A stretch of DNA of 64,000 nt. It comes from a virus (taxonomy: Duplodnaviria; Caudoviricetes). The DNA lies in IMG/VR virus record IMGVR_UViG_3300015610_000633, positions 9,700 to 73,699 of that record; one strand, given 5' to 3'. Under the pieces are notes generated by a model. The model saw only the letters and a program-made list of their open reading frames with translations, was not told the DNA's origin and did not search any database. Positions 28,583 to 38,278 of the stretch are shown here, in pieces. How positions within the stretch are numbered: the first letter of the stretch is position 1; the number at the start of each line of letters is the position of its first letter. The position numbers were made by a program, and so were the translations under genes.

Positions 28583-30175
28583 TCAGAAGAAACCATCAGG
28601 GGGGGTTCGATACAGTATAAAGCCAACACCACCGGCCCTACGTGTATCGACAGCAGCGTGAAGACGTTTGTAAATCGTTGTTTCGGTTACAGGGTAACCG
28701 TCAAGCGCTATTGTATCCAAGTCAAGCGCGTTGTCGGGGTAGTCATCGAACGAGAACCCAAAATCACCCCAACCGAGTTGGGGAACATGAACGACAATGA
28801 AAGCCCTGAACTCGGTGAAATCAAACAACCACTTGAATCGATCGTTTTCTACAACAGTCGGATCATAATCAAACGCGTCAACGTCGAGATAAAAACCAGG
28901 TAGTTCTTCAAAACCGGGTGGTTCTCTAACCGTGACTTCAAAGTTGTATGGTGACACAACCGAGTTCACGCCTCGCTTGATCGCGTTAGGGGTTATCACA
29001 TCACCGACCCGAGCAATACGGCGCCTATATTGTGAGTCAGTTTCACCACTAACGCGGCTAATGTTTCGCTCTTTACCGAGTTGATCAAGAATGGCCGCTT
29101 TACCGCCGTTAGGTCGCTCTTCATTGGTAACTGTAACGGCCCAATCATTAGACCATGAACGCATTCGCCACGAAGCCGTATTTACTTCTTCAACGAACAC
29201 GGTTTCATAAATCACCGCTATTTCGGGATCTAGTACATTGTCACAATCGATCACAGCGGTTGACGTATCGCATGTGATCGATAGTCCTGAACCAAGTGCA
29301 AACGAACCGGTCTTTATACCGATTGTTATGCAACTCTTTGTACCCGGCCCTTGCGAAACACGGTGAACAATACCAACGGCGTTGGTTGTGGTCTGCCTAC
29401 ATGTTTCGCCTTCTTGAATATCCCCGGTGATTGTCGATTCAATCACCCACAAACGTTCTAGTTCTATTGTGCCACCGATGGGTGGGTTAGCCGTTAGGTC
29501 AGGCCCCGTGTAGCTAATAACCCGAGCAATCAACCCAAGATTAGAACCATCAATGAACTCGATTGTTTGTCCTACGTGTTCAGGTATAGGTACATCAGAT
29601 TCATTAGCGGCAACGAGGTAAACGCTACCCGTAGCAGGTACGATCTTGATCGTGCCGTGTTCATTTTCGAAATCGCTACCAGGTTGCGTTATAACGTTCA
29701 AGGTGTGCGGGTGGGGGTAGTTGTACCCGTACCCGATAAGTTCAGCCTCACATTCAACGTATAGAGGCCCGTGTTCACCGGGGTTGAACACTACCGGGGT
29801 CAAGAAAAGGTACTTACGCCCCGTGTTGATTCGTTGTGTGCCCGTTTTGCTGTAATCAATCGCGCGTTCTTCAATGGTTGTATTAGTTCCCATTATGAGC
29901 GGCAAAAACACATCATTAGAACGCTCGACTGTAATCATAACCCGCGCCTTGCTACCACCCGAAGCAGGTTCAGCAGTTTGCCCACTGTAAGGCAAAATAA
30001 ACGCGGCTTCGGTTGAAGTTTCGATTGCTCTCGAAACCATTTCAAGTTGTGCCAACCCTTGGTTGTAAGCTTCAAGCCCACCACCGTCACCCGCCGTAAT
30101 ATACGGATCATGGTAACTAGGATCGGTTGCAGCCTTCCAAACGTTGAGCAACTCTTCGCGGGTGTAGAAGGTCAT
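28583..30175 (-). CDS. Baseplate wedge protein
   Basis: LDQLGKERNISRVSGETDSQYRRRI motif typical of wedge proteins; follows baseplate J. Confidence 0.75.
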   Translation of the reverse strand: MTFYTREELLNVWKAATDPSYHDPYITAGDGGGLEAYNQGLAQLEMVSRAIETSTEAAFILPYSGQTAEPASGGSKARVMITVERSNDVFLPLIMGTNTTIEERAIDYSKTGTQRINTGRKYLFLTPVVFNPGEHGPLYVECEAELIGYGYNYPHPHTLNVITQPGSDFENEHGTIKIVPATGSVYLVAANESDVPIPEHVGQTIEFIDGSNLGLIARVISYTGPDLTANPPIGGTIELERLWVIESTITGDIQEGETCRQTTTNAVGIVHRVSQGPGTKSCITIGIKTGSFALGSGLSITCDTSTAVIDCDNVLDPEIAVIYETVFVEEVNTASWRMRSWSNDWAVTVTNEERPNGGKAAILDQLGKERNISRVSGETDSQYRRRIARVGDVITPNAIKRGVNSVVSPYNFEVTVREPPGFEELPGFYLDVDAFDYDPTVVENDRFKWLFDFTEFRAFIVVHVPQLGWGDFGFSFDDYPDNALDLDTIALDGYPVTETTIYKRLHAAVDTRRAGGVGFILYRTPPDGFF

Positions 30176-31284
30176 AAGTTCACCAACTGTATGTTTGCGG
30201 GTGTTGTACGAATGGCAACACCGAGATCGGGCACCACATCAGCTACGGGTTCAACGATCGTGTTTTCATCGGGGATCAAGCCTGCTGTCTTATACCCTTC
30301 GAGAATCGAGTACAATCCACCGATCGTCAACTTGCCGTTTACTGGTAGGTTGTTGACGTATGTTTGAACCGCGCCCCTAATGCTTCGCGCTAGTGTATCA
30401 GTATCAACGTTAGCCTTGAACACTAGCTTCAACTTGATCGTGATGATGTACGGGATCGAAGTATCAACCACAACACCGATCCCGGCTGCTCGCCAATCAT
30501 CCAAGTTGATTCGTGTCTGATAGGCTAGAGCTTTCGATGCGATGCCCGAACCGTCGGCTATGTACAACTTCACTATACGCGCGGGTTCGGCGCCACTTGT
30601 AAGAACTTCTTCGGCTTTAGCACTCACTACACCCGGTGTTTGAATCCCGCCTTGTTCAATGGCTGCTAGTGTGCCGCGCCTTGCAGTTATGAAGAAGTTG
30701 CGAAGCCTAGTTTTGAAAGTGTCATCGTCTTCGACATCTTCACCACCCGCGCTAGCTTCTTCATTGTTTACTTGAAGCGTTTGATCGAAAAGCAAACCGG
30801 GTTCCATGAACTGTCTAAGCGTATTCTTACCCGTTTGAGTATTCTTACCGGCTTGAACTGCTTTGACCTTGCATGAACTAACGAGATCACTAGCTCCAAA
30901 CACCGCGATCGTTGTGGTGATGTATTCAATACCCGTTAGGGTTGCGATCTTAGTTCCAACGGGCACTTCACCTGCACCCGCATCAAATGTTGATCGGGTG
31001 ATCTGTACCGTAGTCACGGCATTCGATGCACCCTTTCTAACTTCTTGGTATCGATCCCATGCGTAACGGTCGAGTAGTTCGTCGAAACAACTGTCTAGAA
31101 ACAATCCCGCTAGCTTGTAAGCCAGTTGAAGCACCAACTGAAAAGCTACGGCGGCCATTGAACCCACGAAGATGTTCACATCTGAACCTTCGGTATCGAC
31201 TTGATTAGGGTCGATTCTCGGGTTGTGATCGATCACATAGGACCGGCCCGTTTGTTGAAGATCAAGTCTGCTAGGTAGATCCAT
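30172..31284 (-). CDS. Baseplate J-like protein
   Basis: LLDRYAWDRYQEVRKGAS, GGEDVEDDDTFKTRL...RGTLAAIE, GVVSAKA; last sense codon is TTA. Confidence 0.9.
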   Translation of the reverse strand: MDLPSRLDLQQTGRSYVIDHNPRIDPNQVDTEGSDVNIFVGSMAAVAFQLVLQLAYKLAGLFLDSCFDELLDRYAWDRYQEVRKGASNAVTTVQITRSTFDAGAGEVPVGTKIATLTGIEYITTTIAVFGASDLVSSCKVKAVQAGKNTQTGKNTLRQFMEPGLLFDQTLQVNNEEASAGGEDVEDDDTFKTRLRNFFITARRGTLAAIEQGGIQTPGVVSAKAEEVLTSGAEPARIVKLYIADGSGIASKALAYQTRINLDDWRAAGIGVVVDTSIPYIITIKLKLVFKANVDTDTLARSIRGAVQTYVNNLPVNGKLTIGGLYSILEGYKTAGLIPDENTIVEPVADVVPDLGVAIRTTPANIQLVNL

Positions 31285-32165
31285 AATCCAACCTCGAAAC
31301 CCTTTTCAATGGTGAACTTCAACCCGATCTTTGTCTTCACTTGTATCGATAGTTTGACAAGGTTCGGGTACAACTTGTTTGGTGTGAATGTTACCGAGAC
31401 GTTAGACACTTCGGGTTCACGTCGAAGTTGTAGTTCAAGATCCGACGCTAGTTTTTGCCGTTCAGTAGCTCGTGAAAGTTTCTTGGTATATTTTTCGATG
31501 CCTATGCCATAACCGGGCATGTGAGTGAACCCGTTCTTGTTGGTGACAATGCGCCGAAGTATGCGCTTACGAAGAGCAGTTTCACCTTCATCAAACCCAT
31601 AATCACCGTTATCGTCTACATTGAAAACACCCAAGTATTGATCAAGTGCAAACGGTAGGGGGTCAGCAAACGCTTGTTTAGTTTGCGGTGATGCAATATC
31701 GCGTTGTGGCACTTGCAGATCAAAAACATTTTTTTGAAGTACTTTGAATGAACCATAAAAACCATATTGAGCATAACAAGGGTCAATCGTGGTTACCTTG
31801 TCAACGGTCCAAATATTCGAACATGTAAGCTTGTATCTTGCAGGGTACGGGGTCATTGCTCGGTCAAGCCATATGAGAACCGAAGAAGGGTTTATTAGCT
31901 CCGTTTTCACGGCTGTAACCGTTCGACAATGCAACCCGTTGTTACCTATACTTTCGATAGCTTCGAATGCATAACTATCAGGGTTTGAACCGTCTTTCAC
32001 ATCAAGAAGCAGGCTGTAATAAATAGGTTCAGAGAAGTCGACTTGAACCGCGTTTTCACGAACGGCTACGGCTTGTTCAATACCAAACGAACCGGTTGAT
32101 TCTGGGCTACCGTAAGGCGTAACGCCCCAACCCGTACCGTAAAACTTTTCGTCACAAGTGGTCAT
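31233..32165 (-). CDS. Baseplate protein with gp25/W-like C-terminal domain (would end at TTA 31284-31286)
   Basis: ALRKRILRRIVT...YGIGI...LELQLRREPEVSNVSV; precedes baseplate J. Confidence 0.7.
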   Translation of the reverse strand: MTTCDEKFYGTGWGVTPYGSPESTGSFGIEQAVAVRENAVQVDFSEPIYYSLLLDVKDGSNPDSYAFEAIESIGNNGLHCRTVTAVKTELINPSSVLIWLDRAMTPYPARYKLTCSNIWTVDKVTTIDPCYAQYGFYGSFKVLQKNVFDLQVPQRDIASPQTKQAFADPLPFALDQYLGVFNVDDNGDYGFDEGETALRKRILRRIVTNKNGFTHMPGYGIGIEKYTKKLSRATERQKLASDLELQLRREPEVSNVSVTFTPNKLYPNLVKLSIQVKTKIGLKFTIEKGFEVGLWIYLADLIFNKRAGPM

Positions 32166-32177
32166 GTGTTTGGTGTC

Positions 32178-32197
32178 ACGTCTAACCGGGTAGACGT
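32178..32197. repeat. Quasi-palindrome, copy 8
   Basis: ACGTCTAACCGGGTAGACGT. Confidence 0.95.
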
Positions 32198-32517
32198 CAA
32201 GGGCGAAGTGTTGGGGTGTTGTCGCTCGATGGTTCTTTGGCTTCCGATGTGATGATGTCTGTCACACCTTCGATCACGTTACCTTTTCTGATTTTGTCCA
32301 GACCAGCCAAGATCACATCGCTACGAATCATCAAGCCTTCGATGAAGTCGCAAAACCCATCAAGTCGGGTACCATCTTCGGGTTTGATCTTCTTGCGAAT
32401 GACTAGGACAATGATTCGAAGAATGCCTATCACAAGCGGGTACAACGCCAGTATCAATAGCCAATGGGCATCAACCCATCGCGTAACCGCTTCAACCAAG
32501 TTCGTCAGTTGTTCCAT
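32197..32517 (-). CDS. Putative holin-like membrane protein
   Basis: Hydrophobic N-terminal helix (WLLILALYPLVIGILRIIVLVI) followed by basic residues. Confidence 0.55.
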   Translation of the reverse strand: MEQLTNLVEAVTRWVDAHWLLILALYPLVIGILRIIVLVIRKKIKPEDGTRLDGFCDFIEGLMIRSDVILAGLDKIRKGNVIEGVTDIITSEAKEPSSDNTPTLRP

Positions 32518-32858
32518 GATTGGGGTTTATCACGAAACACGAACGAGTCAGTTTGCGAGCGTAACCCGCGAACTAGGTAGTGTATGAACTGCGCTATAAA
32601 GCCCCCAATCATACCGAAGACAGAATACTTACCCACTGCTACTAGTGCGCGTTTAGAGTCTTTCTTAGCGCCTTCGCTCGCTCGTGTTGCGGCTAGTATG
32701 TTAGCCTCCATTGTAGTCAACTTGTTCATCAATGTCGTTTGATACTCTTGATCTTTCTGTTTATGGGCTACCAGTGCAGCCCCGAACTTTTCAACCGAAG
32801 AGCAAACAGCATCAACTTTCGTTGACAATGTTTCAACCTGTTTAGTGAGTTCGTTCAT
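32505..32858 (-). CDS. Coiled-coil protein with C-terminal TM helix (holin/XhlA-like; would end VRG at TTA 32562-32564)
   Basis: Coiled coil followed by YSVFGMIGGFIAQFIHYLV. Confidence 0.55.
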   Translation of the reverse strand: MNELTKQVETLSTKVDAVCSSVEKFGAALVAHKQKDQEYQTTLMNKLTTMEANILAATRASEGAKKDSKRALVAVGKYSVFGMIGGFIAQFIHYLVRGLRSQTDSFVFRDKPQSWNN

Positions 32859-32942
32859 CGCGCGTGGTCCTACACGTTGGGTATGATCTAGGATCTAGCG
32901 CTTTGAAAAATCAAACTCAAACCCCCGACATACGAGCGATGT

Positions 32943-33488
32943 TCACTTAGGAAGTGAATCGGTTTTGCTGATTTTTGCGTCTTCGGTTTCGGTATTAGCT
33001 CCCGAAATAACCCGCAAGATCGGCGTGTACCATCGCAACAACTCTTGGTTCATGACCTTAGTCGGATCAATGAACGCACTAGGTTCATGACACACTTCGA
33101 TCGCGGCCCTAAGAAGCTTCACTTCATGCGGTGAAAGATCAAACAACGCACCTTCAAGGTTAGCTTCCATGAGCTTGCGATGTTTTTCATTGTCTTCTTT
33201 GAATGCGATCGCGAACTCGATAGGTACAGGTTCAGAAGAACCAACAAATGGGTATTGTTCCCTAAGCTCGGTTTCTGCTTTGGTTACAACTTCCCATTGC
33301 TTATCATGCTTGGCTTGTTGAGCTTTGATCTTGCGTTCAATGTCATATGCGACTTGACCTTTTTGAAACCCGGCAAATGCATTAGAACACAACAATCGAA
33401 GTATGCAATCGGCGGTTGCGTGAACAATCGGGTAAGCACGATCAAGTGGCCACACTCCGCGGTAACGGATCTTGATCGGTTCGGGCAT
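32943..33488 (-). CDS. Hypothetical protein
   Basis: ORF 32943..33557; start uncertain (33488 or 33524). Confidence 0.6.
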   Translation of the reverse strand: MPEPIKIRYRGVWPLDRAYPIVHATADCILRLLCSNAFAGFQKGQVAYDIERKIKAQQAKHDKQWEVVTKAETELREQYPFVGSSEPVPIEFAIAFKEDNEKHRKLMEANLEGALFDLSPHEVKLLRAAIEVCHEPSAFIDPTKVMNQELLRWYTPILRVISGANTETEDAKISKTDSLPK

Positions 33489-33813
33489 TACTTCCGATGA
33501 CTTTGGCTTTAGCTTTTCTTTCATTTCGCGCCTGCTCTTCTTGAAGTCGACTTTCAATCAACTTCACTTTATTAGCCAACTCATTGTGCAAAGCTCGTTC
33601 TTTTTGTGCAAGCTCATCCTTCAATGATTGTTCAGAAGCGATCAACATACCCTTTTCTTCTCGTAGTTGGTTCGCAAGTTCAGACTCAGCAACAAACTGT
33701 GAATGCAATGATTGAAGCTTAGCTTCGAGTTCTGCGATCTTAGCCTTACATTCGGCGGTTTCTTGTTGTGACTTTACCAAGTCTGACAACGGCACAAGTT
33801 CTTCAGTGGTCAT
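33442..33813 (-). CDS. Hypothetical coiled-coil protein
   Basis: Heptad-rich 123 aa; in-frame TTA at 33463. Confidence 0.6.
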   Translation of the reverse strand: MTTEELVPLSDLVKSQQETAECKAKIAELEAKLQSLHSQFVAESELANQLREEKGMLIASEQSLKDELAQKERALHNELANKVKLIESRLQEEQARNERKAKAKVIGSNARTDQDPLPRSVAT

Positions 33814-33839
33814 GCGTTAGCTATAGCACGAAAGAACCC

Positions 33840-33859
33840 ACGTCTAACCGGGTAGACGT
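33840..33859. repeat. Quasi-palindrome, copy 9
   Basis: ACGTCTAACCGGGTAGACGT. Confidence 0.95.
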
Positions 33860-34554
33860 TATGGCGTGTAGAATGGTGGTATCTTTGCAACTGTACCGAT
33901 TATGGTCGATTGATATAGTATGTTTGCAGCATGTATAAACAAGTAACCACCCGTGATCGTAGGTAGCGAAGTGACGATCAACCTACCCATAACGATCCCG
34001 CATGGTTCAACATCGGCGGTATCAATACGAGACGCCGAACCCCCAACGATTGCCAACGTCGAAGAATCAACCCTTTGCTTGTATTGTGGCGTGGTTGTTA
34101 TATCAACCGTGTTATATGCTATTTCAATCTGCTTTTCAGCATGAAACACGGCTTGATTATATGCTTTTGCGTATGTGTAATAATAGGTTGCTGTGAATGT
34201 TCCTGAAATATTGGTTCCGTTATGTGACCAGTGAAGATGCAAATCAAGCGTACTTTCACTAGCCACATCGCGAGGTAGGTTTGTTGTGATGTCTACAACG
34301 TCAGAAGCCGCAAATGACCATTCATAAGCGTTACCCCCTCGATATTGTCGCAATGTTGGTGTACCTGCACCCGACGTTTTCGGTTGAAAAACGCCGTTTG
34401 TTTCCATGAATGTTAGTGCGGGTGAAGCGGGGTTTGTGTATATGCCTGAACCTTTGCTTGGGTTCAATACAAGCCCGTTATCAGTCAATGAATGCGGCGA
34501 TGATGACCCGCTAGGGTAGTAGATCATTGCGCCGGGTGATTTTTTCCAAGCCAT
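33859..34554 (-). CDS. Tail fibre-associated virion protein
   Basis: Beta-rich 231 aa after the fibre gene; TAA stop overlaps a palindrome. Confidence 0.65.
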   Translation of the reverse strand: MAWKKSPGAMIYYPSGSSSPHSLTDNGLVLNPSKGSGIYTNPASPALTFMETNGVFQPKTSGAGTPTLRQYRGGNAYEWSFAASDVVDITTNLPRDVASESTLDLHLHWSHNGTNISGTFTATYYYTYAKAYNQAVFHAEKQIEIAYNTVDITTTPQYKQRVDSSTLAIVGGSASRIDTADVEPCGIVMGRLIVTSLPTITGGYLFIHAANILYQSTIIGTVAKIPPFYTP

Positions 34555-34558
34555 TTGA

Positions 34559-36907
34559 TCACGCTTTCTGAACGTCTACGAGTTGAACCAATGCAGAACA
34601 CCGCAACGCGTTTGTACCTGCTGTTTTTGAAAATGTCAGTCGAAGATTTGTACCCGAACCACTAAGAGCCAAACCCCAATCAGTCGGTGTTGTGGTTGAA
34701 CCTTCAACGTCACCCGCGTCAATGACTGTCACAGTACCCGAATTGTTTTTGATCAATGCGTTGGTTAGTTTCAACCGGCCTACATTTGTGAATGAAGCAG
34801 ACGTTGCAACCATCCAGACATCAACAGAATAGATCCTATTTGATCGGGTTATTATTTCTTGATCGGCCGAAGGGCCAGCCATTAGATTGACGCTTGCACT
34901 AGCAGAAGCAGCGGTTACACCCGACACTTGAACACGGCTGTTTTGAGGGTTGCCCGAAGCGTTACCCGAAGCATGTGCAACCTCGCCATAACTGGCCGCA
35001 TACGCATAATAACCCATTGCGATCGCGGTAACATTTGCAGCGGTGTTCAATATACCCACTGCAAACGCACTGTTACCCGAAGCAGTGTTTTGATTGCCGA
35101 AAGCCATAGCGGCAAACACGCTTGTAGTGTTGCTATACCCAACACAAACCGAATAATCGGCCGTTGCAATATTAAAACCGCCTATACATACCGAAACCGA
35201 ACCTGATGAACTATTGGAAGCACCGATCGCGATTGCATAATTATTTGAAGTCGTATTACTAACGCCTATGCATGTCGAGTCGTTACCCGAAGCCGTATTA
35301 GAACGACCCCACCAAATACCACCGTTACCCGAAGAGCCTGAACCTATTTGACCGCGCTGTGTTGACCCGTGGTAAAACTCAATATATCCCGATCGGGTTG
35401 TACCAGTTCCCGAATAGAACTGGAGCTTGCCACCGATTGTAGTTGTACCGGTTGCGTTTTGAGCCTGTATCGCAAATGCGGCACCGGTTGCACTATTGGT
35501 TGTAATATCCTGTTGATAAAAACCAACTGTACCTGTTAGCGATGACACGAAGGTCAAATATTTACCCGTCGGTGATAGTTGCATTCGATCAACACCACCC
35601 GTTCTAAGATATATTGAACCGTTTGCAGTACCACCCGAACCTGAACCGAGAATAAGATCGCCACCCGTAGTTGCTGCATTTTGAGCCAGCAAATACATAG
35701 TCGCACCTTTAGCGGCTAGCGTTGCCGAAATATAATAAGTAACTGAAGTACACGTTGATGAAGCCAAAATATTCAAATCGGTTGTGTCGCCATACATGAT
35801 GAGATTCAAGTTATCAGTATAAAAACCAAATGTGCCCACTTCGGGCATATACGCCATTACACGATTGTTGTTTACACCATCGCCCAGATAAACAGTAGTA
35901 TCAACCCAACTAAGTGTTTTGAACGGTGTACCCAAACCATCGGCATCACCGCCATATATTGCCGCACCGTCATTAGTTAGAAAATACAAACCCGAGTTAG
36001 TTATTTTCGCGACATCGCTTGCAGTATCAAACCGAAAATATGTTGAACCCGTTAGAGCCGCGTTGATAAACAATGAAGGTACATTTGACCCACCGAATGT
36101 AAGCGTGTCATCGGCTACTGACACCGCATTGTAATCAGTACCGCTATTACGAAACGCCGCGATCGTAGTGTTTGATTCGGTACGAATGCAACCCGTTGTT
36201 GCGGGTGTCGTTCCGAACTTCACGGCGGTCAACGTCGGTGTTGAAGAGTATACCGGTGAGCTACTTGTAACCCCGGCTAGTACGGTGCCCGTAGTGCCTT
36301 GGGGCAAATCGGAAAGTGAAAGGGTAGCGGCTGCAACAACCCCCGCAGTTGCCTTTAGGACGCCCGTCAACGTGCCGATCGTTAGTCCTGATACCGTAGG
36401 GGTAGAAGTGAAGTTAGAAGAAGCACCGGTGCCTGCTAGCACGGTGCCCGATGCCCCAACGGGAAGGGAACCCGCCAACAAGTCGGTGAAGATTGTTTCA
36501 AGGGCTTCGGCCCAACCCTTTACCGATAGGCCCGTAGCGTGTTCGGCCATTTCACCGAATGCGGGGAAACGCCAACCCCTGCGAACAGTTGCACCCGCGT
36601 TGTCTTTAGTGACTCCGATCAAACGCGTTTGTACATTGCCGCTAGTGCTTTGCCCGTTCGTGGTAAGTCGAACAAGGTACGTACCCGGTTGATCGGGTGT
36701 GAAAGTAGCAGTAGCCGATGTCGCGTTAGTTAGTGTCGCGCTGCTACCCGTTGGAATGTCTAGCAGTTCCCAAAGATAGGAAGTGTTACCCGCTAGGGTA
36801 GAAACCAGGTTGATCGCTTGTTGGTTCCACAAACCCGAACGCGCAAGGCCCGCCGTTCCCGTACCTGCACCGCTTGGTTGATCGATTCGTATCTTTGCGC
36901 CGGGCAT
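34559..36907 (-). CDS. Tail fibre / adhesin with N-terminal Ig-like (PKD) domain and YadA-like head repeats
   Basis: SYLWELL..P.GS...ATFTPDQPGTYLVRL; repeats such as NTASGNDSTCIGVSN and NTASGNSAFAVGILN; Gly/Thr/Ser-rich. Confidence 0.8.
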   Translation of the reverse strand: MPGAKIRIDQPSGAGTGTAGLARSGLWNQQAINLVSTLAGNTSYLWELLDIPTGSSATLTNATSATATFTPDQPGTYLVRLTTNGQSTSGNVQTRLIGVTKDNAGATVRRGWRFPAFGEMAEHATGLSVKGWAEALETIFTDLLAGSLPVGASGTVLAGTGASSNFTSTPTVSGLTIGTLTGVLKATAGVVAAATLSLSDLPQGTTGTVLAGVTSSSPVYSSTPTLTAVKFGTTPATTGCIRTESNTTIAAFRNSGTDYNAVSVADDTLTFGGSNVPSLFINAALTGSTYFRFDTASDVAKITNSGLYFLTNDGAAIYGGDADGLGTPFKTLSWVDTTVYLGDGVNNNRVMAYMPEVGTFGFYTDNLNLIMYGDTTDLNILASSTCTSVTYYISATLAAKGATMYLLAQNAATTGGDLILGSGSGGTANGSIYLRTGGVDRMQLSPTGKYLTFVSSLTGTVGFYQQDITTNSATGAAFAIQAQNATGTTTIGGKLQFYSGTGTTRSGYIEFYHGSTQRGQIGSGSSGNGGIWWGRSNTASGNDSTCIGVSNTTSNNYAIAIGASNSSSGSVSVCIGGFNIATADYSVCVGYSNTTSVFAAMAFGNQNTASGNSAFAVGILNTAANVTAIAMGYYAYAASYGEVAHASGNASGNPQNSRVQVSGVTAASASASVNLMAGPSADQEIITRSNRIYSVDVWMVATSASFTNVGRLKLTNALIKNNSGTVTVIDAGDVEGSTTTPTDWGLALSGSGTNLRLTFSKTAGTNALRCSALVQLVDVQKA

Positions 36908-36923
36908 TGTGTGAACTTTCTTT

Positions 36924-37247
36924 TCAGGTTTTTTCGTATTGCTGGATTGCTACATCATCGGGATCGGGGTCGAACGATGCAACCCTACCACCGCCCCATT
37001 GCAACCCCCCAGAAATAGACAGCGGGTTGTTCAAGTCACAGTTCAGCGAAAGGCTAAACGAGAAGAAAGGAAGCGGCGGCGGAAAGGGAATGGCGGGCAA
37101 GTTCAGGTTGAAAAACAACCTGAACGAAGGGAGTGCAAACCCACACAAGCTAGCAGCGGGCGGACCAGCAACGAACCCCGCGCTAACCATCGATTGATCT
37201 TGTTGTTGTACCGGTGGTGCGTCGGGTGGTGGTGGTGAACCTGCCAT
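36924..37247 (-). CDS. Small Pro-rich hypothetical protein
   Basis: Start MAGSPPP at 37247, which overlaps an upstream TTA (TTATG). Confidence 0.6.
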   Translation of the reverse strand: MAGSPPPPDAPPVQQQDQSMVSAGFVAGPPAASLCGFALPSFRLFFNLNLPAIPFPPPLPFFSFSLSLNCDLNNPLSISGGLQWGGGRVASFDPDPDDVAIQQYEKT

Positions 37248-38278
37248 AAACCCACCGTGAACCCTACACACCCGAGACCGGGTGTAGTTGCGCCAGTTGC
37301 GGGATCTGGACTCTTAGGACCGAGCAACGCGGCGTTGATTGCAGACAACACCGCTTGACTCAACACACCAACGGGCGGGGTTGAAGCGGTGATCGCTGCT
37401 AGTATCAACGGCAAGTTAGCGGGGTCAACAAGCATTGCACCAAGCATTGTACCCGTTAGAGGCGTAGGCCCCAAAAGATTGAGCGCAACGCCAAGGGCGT
37501 TCAACACCTGCGACACGAAAAGAACCGTTGATTGTGCTGTTGTTATAGTGCCGAACGGTGGGTTGCCCGAAGTGGAGATCGAAAAGGTACCCGGTGTTGC
37601 GGCTTGTGCTTTGGTAGAACTCCAATCAAAGATCGCGCTACCGTCAACGGACATACGGATCAGCTTGTTGGTGTAATCAAGTTGAAGCAGCATTTCACCA
37701 TCGCCCGATTGCATTCCTATGAAGTCGGCACCCAAGTGAAAGAAGCCCCCTGATGAATCGCTAAACGTCATATTGCCGTTTGCTTCAATCCCGAAGTACG
37801 TACCCGTTACGGCACTTCGTACAAGGTAGCTTGAAGCGGTTTCGATTACGTAGGGAACCCGCATCCTACGAAACGCAAAGTTGTTACCACTCACTTCGTT
37901 ACCTGCGACCATGGTAGGGAATGCATCGATCTCTTGATTCATTCTACCCACGATCACGGCGTTACCCGGTGAACCTTCGGGCATCACAACAAGAACTTCA
38001 TCCCCTTCAAGAAAGGGGAACCATTCACCTTCCCCATTGCCTGCGACTGTACCCGCTACACGCGCACGAACGGGGATACCCGCGGGTTGAAGAGTGACAT
38101 TCACCAACGGACCATACTCGGGTGAAAATACGACGGCTTTACCGCCATCTTCTTCTGATTGATCCTTATCCACTAGGGCCATTGAAACCCATGCTCGCGT
38201 ATCAATACCCGGCCCCTTCAATAGCTCAACAAGTTCATTGACGGGGAATCGCCCGAATGTTCGAGACATAAGATCCAT
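37103..38278 (-). CDS. Baseplate spike/hub protein, gpV/gp5 OB-fold type (would end at TTA 37247-37249)
   Basis: VRARVAG..AGNGEG.W.P..EGDEVLV....G.PGNAVIVG motif; beta-repeat C-terminal region. Confidence 0.8.
   Translation of the reverse strand: MDLMSRTFGRFPVNELVELLKGPGIDTRAWVSMALVDKDQSEEDGGKAVVFSPEYGPLVNVTLQPAGIPVRARVAGTVAGNGEGEWFPFLEGDEVLVVMPEGSPGNAVIVGRMNQEIDAFPTMVAGNEVSGNNFAFRRMRVPYVIETASSYLVRSAVTGTYFGIEANGNMTFSDSSGGFFHLGADFIGMQSGDGEMLLQLDYTNKLIRMSVDGSAIFDWSSTKAQAATPGTFSISTSGNPPFGTITTAQSTVLFVSQVLNALGVALNLLGPTPLTGTMLGAMLVDPANLPLILAAITASTPPVGVLSQAVLSAINAALLGPKSPDPATGATTPGLGCVGFTVGLWQVHHHHPTHHRYNNKINRWLARGSLLVRPLLACVGLHSLRSGCFST

Noticed and set aside
33442-33557. Programmed frameshift between 33442..33813 and 32943..33557
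   Set aside because: No convincing slippery heptamer; an internal ATG (33524 or 33488) explains the overlap
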